From: a virus
DNA: 64,000 nt
IMG/VR virus record: IMGVR_UViG_3300028786_000007
Span: 1 to 64,000 of that record
Reading direction: 5' to 3' (one strand)
Made by a program: the position numbers and the translations under genes. The notes beneath the pieces are model-generated. The model saw nothing but the letters and a program-made list of their open reading frames with translations, did no database searches and was not told the origin of the DNA. Below, piece after piece: positions 35,079 to 46,300 of this stretch (positions are counted from its first letter, which is position 1; each line of letters begins with the position of its first letter).

Positions 35079-37340
35079 ATGGCCACCAATCAGTGGGGCG
35101 ATGAGATCATCGTGCCAGCCCAAGCTGCCGCGCCGGCCTCTACGCCAGCGCCCGCCGCCCCCAAGCTGAATCAGTGGGGCGATGAGATCATCGTACCGGC
35201 CCCTAAGATGGGTTTCATGGCGCGGGTCAAGGACGCCTTTACTGGTGAAAGCCGCCAAGACCCGGCCTACAAGGATGCGCCGGAGTTTATGCAGGCGCAG
35301 CTCGGTCAACCCAAGGGACCGAACGGTGAGCTGCCGACGGCTGACCCAGGCGCAACGATGCGGTCCGCGATTGCGCCGACGGAAGCCGGTCAACTAGATA
35401 TCCTCAGGAAGAACATCCCCGGCCTGGAAGAGCAGCGCGACGCTAAGGGCAATTTGATGCTACGCGCGCCGGGCATGAAGGAATGGGCCTATCTCAACAA
35501 GCCCGGCTTCTCTGTGCGCGACGTTGACGAGCTCGGCACTCAGACGCTGGCTACCTTACCTTTTATGGGAGTGGCCGGCGCTGGCGGAGGTATTGCGGCA
35601 CGCACCGCTATGGGCGCGGGCGGTATGGCGGCCGGCTCCGTGGCGCAGGACGCTATGGCGACCGCGGCCGGCTCTGAGCAGGGCATTGATCCGGTTCGTG
35701 CCGCGGTCTCCGGCGCGGTCGGAGCAGCCATTCCGGGCATCGTCGAGCCCGTGGTGAAAACGGTTGGCACGATCGCGAAGGCCGCTTTCAACTACCCCTT
35801 CAACCGGATCCGCTCCGCTGTCAATCCAGAGGCCCAGGCCACCCGCGACGTACAAGCAGCGCTAACGGCCGACCGTACCAATCCGCGCGGCGTACCGTTG
35901 AACGCGGCGGAAGTGCGGCAGGCGGGCCGGGCCGGGCAAGACCCGCGCGTTGTGGACCTCGGCGGCGAGAATACCCGCGCGCTAGCCCGCAGCGCCGCCA
36001 ACCAATCTCCTTCGGCCCGCGCGGCGATTGAAAACCTCGCCGACGATCGCCTTGAGGGTCAAGCTGGCCGGATGGAAACCTTCATCCGCGACCTTGTACA
36101 GCGCCCTGGGCAACCGGGCGGCCCGAATGCCTTTGCGACTCGCGAGGCCCTGGAGACGGCCGCACGAGGCGCGCGTAAGCCATTGTATGATGCTGCTTAT
36201 GGCCAGGGCGCTACGGGCATGATGAGCCCGGTGCTGACCAAGCTGCAGGAAGCGCCGGCTATGGAATCGGCGATGCGTGCCGCGGCGGGCATTATGCAAA
36301 ATCGGGCGGCGGCCGGCAAGACGACGGGTTTGCGCGGTCCCAATGGCTTTACGCTGGAATATTGGGACATGGTCAAGCGCCACCTGGACGACCAGGTGAG
36401 CACCTTTAAGCGGCAGGGCGCGAAGTCCGCCGCCATGGATATTGACAATCTGCGCCGGCCGCTCGTCGCTGAATTGGACCGCATGGTTCCGGACTTTGCT
36501 AAGGCGCGCGGCACGGCCCAAACCTTCTTCAAGGCGTCCGACGCCCTGGAAGCAGGTGAAAATTACGTCAATGGCCGGTTCAATTCGGAGGCTACCCGTA
36601 AGGCGCTGGCTTCCATGACCCCACAGGAGCGCGACCTGTTCGCGGAAGGCTTCGCCAGCCGGTTTATGCAGCAGGCTCGCAGAGTAGGCGACCGCCGCTC
36701 CTTGTTGAACTCCATCAACAATTCCCCGGACGCTCGGGAACGCTTCACGATTGCCCTCGGCCCTAACCGGGCGCGGTCGATGGAAGCCTTTCTGCGCGTC
36801 GAGGGCGTACTAGACCTGCTGCGTAAGGCGCAAGGCAACAGCACTACGGCCCGACAGCTCGTCGAGCTGGGCCTTATTGGCGCTTCCGGCTATCACGCTT
36901 ACGAGACCGAACCCTCCGCCATCCTCGGCGCGATCCTAGTGATGGGTAATCGCCACATTAATCGCCGCGTAGCCGAGCGCGTCGCGCAACAGCTACTGAG
37001 CCCGAACGTGACGCAGATGATGGCCGGCCTGAAGCAGGTTGGTTCGACCCCCATGATGGACGCCCTGAGGAGCTTCGATAAGCTAATGGTCCGCACTGGC
37101 ATTGCCTCGCAAGGCGCTCGGGAAGCCGCGCCCGCCCAACCTGCGCCTGCTCCGACGCCCTCCACGCCCCCTCTGCCGGAGCGTAAGTCCGCCCCCACCG
37201 GCCGCGGCGCAGCGCTTCAGGGCCTCCAGGAGGCTCAGCGCATGGCTCAGGAGGCTATCGCACGCGGGGCTCAGGAGGACGCCGTTAATGCGCGGCTCGC
37301 CGCCTACATCAAAGCGAATAACCTGACTGACGGGGCATAG
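35079..37340 (+). CDS. DNA ejection protein (P22 gp16-like)
   Basis: Ala/Gly-rich helical protein, YLNKPG.S..D, GNSTTARQL. Confidence 0.65.
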   Translation: MATNQWGDEIIVPAQAAAPASTPAPAAPKLNQWGDEIIVPAPKMGFMARVKDAFTGESRQDPAYKDAPEFMQAQLGQPKGPNGELPTADPGATMRSAIAPTEAGQLDILRKNIPGLEEQRDAKGNLMLRAPGMKEWAYLNKPGFSVRDVDELGTQTLATLPFMGVAGAGGGIAARTAMGAGGMAAGSVAQDAMATAAGSEQGIDPVRAAVSGAVGAAIPGIVEPVVKTVGTIAKAAFNYPFNRIRSAVNPEAQATRDVQAALTADRTNPRGVPLNAAEVRQAGRAGQDPRVVDLGGENTRALARSAANQSPSARAAIENLADDRLEGQAGRMETFIRDLVQRPGQPGGPNAFATREALETAARGARKPLYDAAYGQGATGMMSPVLTKLQEAPAMESAMRAAAGIMQNRAAAGKTTGLRGPNGFTLEYWDMVKRHLDDQVSTFKRQGAKSAAMDIDNLRRPLVAELDRMVPDFAKARGTAQTFFKASDALEAGENYVNGRFNSEATRKALASMTPQERDLFAEGFASRFMQQARRVGDRRSLLNSINNSPDARERFTIALGPNRARSMEAFLRVEGVLDLLRKAQGNSTTARQLVELGLIGASGYHAYETEPSAILGAILVMGNRHINRRVAERVAQQLLSPNVTQMMAGLKQVGSTPMMDALRSFDKLMVRTGIASQGAREAAPAQPAPAPTPSTPPLPERKSAPTGRGAALQGLQEAQRMAQEAIARGAQEDAVNARLAAYIKANNLTDGA

Positions 37341-40300
37341 ATGTTCAATTGGGATGAGCTGCTCTTTAATCCGAACCTGCTAACCCAACCCCAACCCGTC
37401 GTAGCGCCGGGCGGGTGGACCCCACGCCTAGAGCCCGTCAACTTCTCTCCCCAGCCTACACCCTCGCAGCCTACGGTGCAGCCTTCCTGGGCAGCGCCAA
37501 ACTTGGAACCCGCCCTAAACCCGCGGGTTCCCTTTTCCCCAGTGGCCGCGGAGAACTATGACCCCTTCAAGGCGTTCGCCGCGGACGTTAAGGAGCCCAA
37601 GAAGCCCAACCTTGGGCTGATGGGCGAAAGCTGGGGCACGCTGAAGCCGGACGACCAGAAGAAGTGGCTGGACGACCAGTTCGCTGCTTACGAAACTGGT
37701 CAGCAGCGCATCAAGAACCTGGAAGGCTTGATCGCTGCCTCGCCGAGCCCGGTGGCGCAGCGCGCTTTGCAATCGCAACTGAATGCGACGCGCTCTACGC
37801 TGCCGGACCTCGCCAAGCTTAACGAAATGCGGGCTGGCACCGCGCCGCTGCCGCTGAAGACCGGCCTGCGGGCCGGCGCGGAAAACGCTGTGCAAGGCTT
37901 CTCCGGCGCGGTTCTGGGTATCCCGGAGTTCGCGGGCATCGTCAAAGGCTACCTCGGCGATGAGAAGGTCGACGACAATACGCTGCTGAAGTGGGCGCAG
38001 GACGCCAAGCTGAAAGTGAATCAGCTGTTCCCCGGCGACGCGGCCCGCCAGGAGGATTTCTCCCAGAAGCTCGCCAACGGCCTGGGCCAACTCGGAGCGT
38101 TCTATGGCGGCGGCGCAGTCACTGCGCTACTGAAGGCCGGGCCGAAAGCCGTGGCGGCCGTGGTCACCGCGATGGGCGCTTCGGCCTCCGGCTCCCAAGG
38201 CTTTGAGGAAGCCACTGCGGAACTCAAGAAAGCCCAAGAGGCGGCCAAGGCGGCCGGCGATACGGCGCAGGTCAGCGAGCTCGACCGTATCCTAAAGACC
38301 TTCGGCTATGCCGCGGTCGGCACGACGGAAGCGCTGCCCATCGTCTCTACCTTCGCTCGAGTGGCCGCCCCCACGACGCGCATTGGTGCGCGGGTGGCCG
38401 GAGCCTTTGAGGGTGCGCTGGAGGAAGGTGCTCAGGAAGCGGCCAGCCAGCTTGCCCAGAACGCCATTACAGGCCAGACCACGGACCCGAATCGTCCGCT
38501 CGGCGAGGGCGTGGCCGAATCCGCGGCGATCGGCGCGGTCCTTGGCGGCGGTGCGGGCGGGGCCTTCGCCGGTAAGCCGGTCCCCGGCGTCGAGGAAGTC
38601 AACCCCTCCGTCGAAGCGCCTTTCGCGGGGCCGATGGAGATGAAGCCCGGCGAATCGCTGAGCTTTATTGACTTGATCCCGGACGAAAATGGCGAGTATT
38701 CCGTTGATGGTGGCCAGCGTGCGCTTAATGCTCCCGTAGCGGCCTTGCCGAGCCCCGAGGGGCCGGCCGCGGCTACCGTAGCGCCGGACTTGCCCCCCAC
38801 GGCTCCTGCGGGCTCCTCGTCCGCCTCCGCGCCGATCACGCCGCCGCCCGGCACGAGCTTCTTCGATGCGGGCAGTTATGACGCGGCGTTGAAGGGTAAA
38901 GAGCTCGGCAAGGACGAATATTACCATGGCGGCTCCTACAAGGGCGGCCAGAGCGACGGGGTGGTCTACCTTACCAAGAACCCGAACTTCGCTGACACCT
39001 ATGTCACAATGGCGAAGGAGCGCGGTATTGAAGGCGCTGACCGCCAACGCCTCTCTGTTCCGCTGCAGGCCGTCGCGCCGATGGACGCAGTTGAGCGCGC
39101 GGCGACCGCGGCCGGCATTGATACGGCCTCCAGCACGCCCGCTTCATGGTTCGACAAAGAGCTGCACGGCGACCAAGCTGTCAAATTGCTGACGCAATCG
39201 CTGAAGAAGGCCGGCTTCGACCACGCCGTGTTGCCGGACGTGAGTTATGGCGGCGGTATGCAGGAGGATGTGACGGTCGCCTTCGGGCCGAATGCGAAGA
39301 CTGCAGTGCAAGATGCCGCGGTGAAGGGTAAGGCCGCCGGACCAGACATGACCCGCCGTGGCTTCCTTAAGGGCCTGGGAGCGGCTGCAGGAGCGGCGGC
39401 CGTCGCCTCAACTGGCTTGCCTAAAAGCGTGGGGCAGTTAGCCAGCCCACCTCAAGCAGCAGCGACTCCGGTGGCAGCTGCTGCCCGGCCCGCATGGCGT
39501 CCTTGGAGTGAAATCACAAATCAATACCAGTATCGGCCCCTAACAGCTCAAACACTTGATCCCAAGCGTTACGAAAAACTCGCCAAATTTGTCACCAAAA
39601 ATATCGGCGGCAATGTCGACTTGGGTCAACAGCTTGCGGAAGGTAAGATCCAGGAGGTTGTCTTCGAAGGTCGGCCTGTGGGCTACAACATTGATATAGC
39701 CTTTCCCCACTACGCGACGCCTGACTTCCGATTGCAAAATCACCCGTTTAAGCTGTACGAAAAAGCCTTTAATCCGCTTCCGTACCCCAAAGCAATTGAA
39801 GCTCAGAAGCAATCGGAAGCTCCGAAAGCCGAAAAACCCACCCTCCCCGAGCAGCCCTTCAAAGCCGTAGGTGGCAAGCCCGGCGACGTCACCCGCGCAA
39901 TCGAAATCTCGCCGCAACTGAACGCGGATCAGGTTGAGCAGCAAAGCAAGCTGCTACTGAACGCCGGCCGTACGGTGCAGCTGCCCGACGCGCTGACTGA
40001 GCCTTATTTCCGCGCGATCAACGCCCTGGGCAGTATGATCCCGGAGAATATCCCGGCGAACGTGCTCGTGGAAGTTCGGCCGTCCGGCGTTACCGAAAAC
40101 GGTAAGCCGCTGATCAACGCGGTGTTCCGGACCGCGGCCGGCGCAGAGCAGATGGTGCAAGGCACCTGGGAAGAGCTAACCGACGTCCGGGCCTTTTACA
40201 TGCCCGCTGGCGGCGGGGCCGCTCACGGCCTTTTCCTTCTTCCGTTGGATCCGAGTCAAAGCGGCTCCGATCGTCTTGGGGGCGTATTGTGGCATGAGAT

Positions 40301-43300
40301 TCTTCATGCCCTCCGCCGAGAGGGGCACCTGCCCGCCCGTGACTGGAATCGGCTTCTTGGCCATGCGACGGACCTCGATATCCTGGGCCAAAGGTATCAA
40401 TCCTTTGCGCAGGCGACCCGTGACCCATACGCAAAAGACTACGAGCCGAACGGCACCATTCGTGAGCTTTATGCTGAGTTCAACGAGGGCCGACCGGACT
40501 TTGATGAGGCCATGGCTCAGGAAGCCGTCGCCCACATGCTGGAACAGTATAGCCACGGTGCGCTCGATGCACAAGCGATGGCCCCCATCCAGGATGTGCT
40601 GGACAACATTAAGAATGGCGCATATGCCCAGCCCGTGACCGGCGCGGAGGCGGGGCCGATTGATCAGGCTCGGCAGGGCGTTAAGCTCCCGGAAGGCGTC
40701 GTGCGCGTGTATCATGGCACGGTGCGGCCGGACTTCGAACGCTTCGACACGTCCAAATCGGAACATGGCGGCGACGCCTACTTCACCGAAAACCCTGAGC
40801 TCGCTAACGAATTTGCGGGCGGTAAATACCCGGAATCATTAGAGAACCCACCCTATTCACTGCCCTATAATTCTGCGCGTCGGGTGATCCCGGCGGATAT
40901 GGACGTGACCGGCTTTAAGCGGGTGAAGTTCGGCAGCTGGCTGCTGGGCCCCTATGAGTGGACCCGCGACGACGGCGCGAAGCTGCAGAAGGCGGTCGAT
41001 CAAGCCAAGGCGGAAGGCTACAAAGGCCTGGTCGCGGAGGGCATTACTGATCAGAAAGTGAAGGGTTCTCAGTACATCACCTGGACCCCGGATACGGTCA
41101 AGCACGCTTTTACCCAGAAGCCGCTTTATGCGCTGTTCGGGAAATGGGGCAAGGGAGAAGCTAGGACGGGAGAACCTGCCCCAGAGCTGCCGAAAGATCT
41201 TGAGTACCTCAATAAGTCAACTACAGAAGAGTGGGCCACGGCCAAGTATTCTAAGCCGTTATTTGCCATTGAAAACATCCCCGGCACCGTTTCTTATGAA
41301 ATTAGTAAAACCGTTCTTCAAAATTCATTGACTGAAACTACAAAGTGGATGAATGAGAAGAATATCGGCGGCACTAAAAATGAACTCTACGACCTGACTT
41401 TCAAGAAAATCTTCATCAAGAACATGATGAAGATGGGCCAAGATTACCTGCAGAAAGAAGGATCTGGCCCCAAAGAAGCAGGAATATACCTTACGGCTGC
41501 TGCGGCAGGATTGATGCCGGGCTCTGGACAACCTGTTTTAGCAAAGGCCCCACTCACAGAAACTGGACCAGCGAAGCCGGCCGGGCCGAAGCCAGCGACG
41601 GACTACACCAAAAAAGAGATCGACGCTCTAAACGACGCGGATTGGGCCACGGCCAAGTACCTCAACCCGTATTACGCCGTCGATTCATTGACGGGCTTCG
41701 CCCACGAGACGGCCACTAAGCTTTTGAAGGAGGCTGCGAAGAGCTCGGAGCCCCTCAAGAAGAAATTTCTGTTCAGTATCATCACGGTCGCTAACGTCTG
41801 GTCCACCTGGGCTGAGGGCTCAAAGAACAAGCAAGCCAGCGATCAGCTGCTCGCCGCGGCGCAGTTACTGCTGCCCGGTTCGATCCAGAAGCCCGCGGCC
41901 CAATCGGGAACCACGGTCACCACGTCCTACGGCCATAAACTGGCTGAGAAAAATAAGGCCGCCTTCAAGGCTGAGATCAATAAGACGCTGGATCAGCTTG
42001 TTGCTGTCGGCGAGAAGAAGACCTCAAAGCCCTTCACGGTTCAGCAAGCCTCCGAATACGCTGACGCCCAGCACCCCGGCGCAGGCGTGACCATCGACAA
42101 CCTTATGAGGTGGAATGAGGGCGCGGACACCGACCCAAAGCTCTTGGCGATAGCCATTGAGGAATTGTTGGCGGACCCAGAGACCAGCGGCATAGACATT
42201 TCCGAAGACCCCCTGCAGCTGGCCGTCCTGCAAGATATTGTGGCGATGCTGGAGGGGCAAAAGAGCCCGCCTGAGCCCACTACAGCGCAGACTTCCATCA
42301 CCGTCGACCAAGCCTTGGAATACGCCAAGACTCAAGACACTGATGCCTATTTCGCTCTCTATGACCTCGTCAAAGGAGCTTTCAAGGGAACGGATAGCGC
42401 CAAGCTCGACCCTGCACAGGTCGCCGACGCCCTTATTGACCATCTTGAGAACCAAGATGAGCCGATTACAGCGGCTGACTTCAAGTCAGACACGGTCCTC
42501 AACGATATTGCCGGGATGCTATACGGGCACAAGTCGCTGCCCGAGCCGGAGCCGGCCGCAGTAGAGGCGGCCGGAAAAATCATCATGGCCGCCTTTGGCG
42601 ACTATTATTGGTTCCAGGAAGCCAAAAATAATGCTGCAGCTAAGGTCAAGTCATCAGACGTTAAGAACCAAACACCTGCCTTTAAAACAGCCATTGCTGA
42701 GCACCTGAGCAGTCTTGCACCTGCATTTGCTCCGGAGTTTCAAGTGGCTTTTGGCAAAGCCATTGATATCCTGGGGGGTGTAAAGCCTACCGAGCCAGAG
42801 GCCGCTAAGCCTGCGGAAGACCCCCTAGAAGCGGCCGAAAAGATCATGAAGGATTACTTCGACCATGCCGATTGGTATTGGCAAGGGGCGAAGAATTACG
42901 GTGCCGCCCAAGTGACATTGGCTGATGTCAAAAACAAAACGCCAACATTTTATGCCGCGGTGGTGGAGGGCTTAAAGGAAACCGCTAAAACGCTTAAGCC
43001 TGGGGCGAAGGCAGCGATCCAAAAGGCCATCGACGTTCTGGAAGCTGGTAAGAGCAAGACTCTTGCCACCGCGGAAGATCCCGCCTTCAAGACCCTCGCC
43101 GAGGCGAATAACTACGCCAATGAGCTAGGCCCAGACGTGCAGGCTGCTTTCGTTCAAGCGCTCAACGCAACGAACAAGAAGCTGCCCCATGCTGTCAATT
43201 ACATCAAATTGGACGAGACCAGCAAAAACCTCGCTGTAATCGCCATTGAGACCCCTGATGCAGAGCTGAAAAGTAAGCTGCTGAAGATGATTAACGGGCT

Positions 43301-46300
43301 ATATGCCGGCTCCAAGGCGCTGAAGAAAGCCGGTGACACTGGTTATTACTCACCGTCGGCTGAGGCCGAGCCAACCCCGGCGAAGAAACCCGCCAATCCC
43401 ACGGGACACGCCATAGCCGACCCCGCGAGCGGGCTCGCCTATGAGATCGCCACCAACGCCTTCAAGGGGGCCAAGTCAGACGCGCAAAGCGCCTGGGAAA
43501 TGGACCAGCCGGTTAATGCGGAAATAGCCAAGATCGCTAATCTGAAAATTAGCGAAGCGGCAGGTGCAGTCCCCCTCACTGGAGTAGGTTCGCTGAGTGA
43601 GCCCGAGCTGAACCAGCTCCAGAAAATCTATGAGCAGCTGAATGCTATCGAGGGCGGCACCTTCGAGAGCGCCGCCGCGCCCGCACCCAAGACCTACAAG
43701 CACGTCACGAGCGCCCTGAATAAGTTCGTTGCGGTGTCCTATAAGGGCAAAAAGCATATCCAGGAGCAAATTCAGACGCTCTACGAAGCGGCCTTCAAGG
43801 ACAAAGGTGCTTTCCCGGTCGTTTCCAAGACTGCTGAGTTCAAAACGGAGCTGGTCAAATGGCTGCACAACGTCGCTCAGCAAAACGGCAGCTCCGACTT
43901 AGCGAAAGACTTCAGTAAATTTGCGGAGACCATCGATACTTCGGAAGGCGACGGCACCGTCGAAGAGCCTAAGCCTGAATTCAAGCCCACGCTCAGCTTC
44001 GAAGACATGATCCCCGCGCCGCAGCGAGAATACACCTTCGCCAAGAATGCGGGCGGCGGCACCAAGCCGAAGGAAATCTGGACCGACGAAGAGGGCAAGG
44101 AGTACCTGTTCAAGCCGGTCAAGAAGGGCGACGAGTTCGTTGCCTACGGCGAAGTCGCGGGCGGCCACATCTCCGCCCTGGTCAACCCCAAAGCCCCTAA
44201 AATCTGGCTCCAGGAGCTCAACGGCCGGACCGGCTCGATGCAGGAGATGCTGCCTAACGGCGGCGACCTGGGCGACGTAGCGATTGAGGACCTCACCGGT
44301 GCGGAGGTCCAATCGATCATGCGCGAACACGTGGTGGATTGGCTGATCTCCAATCATGATGGTCACCGCCGCCAGTTCCTGATCATGGGTGACGGCTCGC
44401 TGGTCGGCATCGATAAGGGCCAAGCCTTCAAATATTTCGGCAAGGACAAGCTCGACGTTGACTACCACCCTAACTCGCAATACGGCGAGGAGGAGCCAAT
44501 CTACAATAAGATGTGGCGCGCGCTGGTGGCCGGCAAGCTGACCAAGGCAACGAAGGACATTCTCGGCCCCGACGGAGATACTGAAGCTGTTAAGAAACAG
44601 TTAGGAGAGCTGCGTGCAAAATTAGCAGAAATTGCTCCTGAGGCTGAGAAAGCGCAATCTTGGCTTGTTAATTTTCAAAATGGACTGAAGTCGGAAGTTC
44701 GGTTACTGACTGATGCTACCAATGATGCTGAGTATGAAGATGCTCAGGATATGCATATGGCCTTGAATGCCAGGCTGTCCTCCATAGAAGAGGAATTTCT
44801 ACAGGACGCTGAGGAAAAACTCAAACTTGAGCCGCAGGAATGGTGGATTGCCGGTGAGCAAAAAGGCCGGTCTTTCTTTGCGTCCAAGGATAATAAGCAG
44901 GCCCGCATAGGCGCTTCGTACAATCAATTTATCCCGGTCTTGGCCAAGACGTGGTTCCTGCCGCAGAATGGCATCACCCTAAAGGAAGCGCAGGAGATCC
45001 TCGGAAAGACCCACCTTCATGCGGGCTCCTTCCTAGAAACTCATGGCTACAGTCAAGAAGCGGAAAAATATGCTACCGCGCTACGCGACAAAGGCTATGA
45101 CCACATCAAATTGAGCGATGATGCCATCGTTGGCCTCATCGCGCCGCAGGTCGTGCAGCCCTGGGAACCGATCACGCAAGAATACCGCGATAAGGTTCAT
45201 GTTGCTGCCAACGGCTATCTGGGCGACCTGCTCCGCAGCATGGCCCGGAATCTCAGAAACCCGGAAGCTCGGAAGCTACTGATTCGGCAAGCTGAAAAGT
45301 TTGAAAAAGCCAAAGGGGAATTACTTTGGAACAACGACATCCTTCCTGAACTGGAACAAAGCATAGACTCCACTGTACTGGTGGGTTGGCGCGTCAGCAT
45401 CAACAACCTCATTAATGACCGATATGCAGCCCTAACCCAAAAAGCAGAAACGCAAACTGATTCGGGTAATTTTTGGTCTGATCTGGTCAGTAGAACTCAA
45501 TATAATTTACGCACTAACCTCTATAATTTTGGTGTAAAGGCTCAAAGTTTACATCCAGCTGAGGGTGAGTATTCTCAAGGCCAAGTTGATGAACTCAAGA
45601 AAAGTAAATTTGCCACTGAGTTTCAAATATCTGAACTTGAGAATCAAAACGATACTGTCAAATTTGACAGTATCTTCTTCAAGGCCGCCAACGAAGCTGT
45701 CGATATTTTGCAAAACAAACTCTCGGACGACAACTTCTTGGGGCTGATCAAGCCCTATGCGGAACGTCGTTTCAAGGGCCGGCCGAACAACCTTGATGCC
45801 TTTCTGGACTACGCGCTGCAGCGGAAGGGCAACCTCGCCAACAAATTCAACCGATTTTTTCTAGGGTTGCGCACAGATCAAAAACGACGCAGCGACGCCG
45901 TTAGGGAGGTGACGAGCAGCAGCGACTACACTGTGAAAGAGTGGAAAACCACAGTCGCAGACATCAATAAAACTCACGGCATCAATCTGACCCCGGAAGA
46001 ATATGGGGCCATAAATGCCTACACGGGCTCTTCCTTCCGAGGCGTAAACAACACGTTACGCACTGGTACGCCGTGGGAAGCGGAGAAAAAGCTCAGCAAT
46101 GAGTGGCTGAGAGACATGAATTTTGCGGACCTGATCGAAAGCGGGTTGCAGAAGATCAAGCCCTACACAGGCACCGCATGGCGGGGTCAGGTAGTACACT
46201 CCGATGAACTGGCACGCTTACTGCCCGGTCGCGTACTCACCAATAAGGCATTTTGGTCAACGTCTTATAGCCCCGGTAACGCTTTCAACGGCAACGTGAA

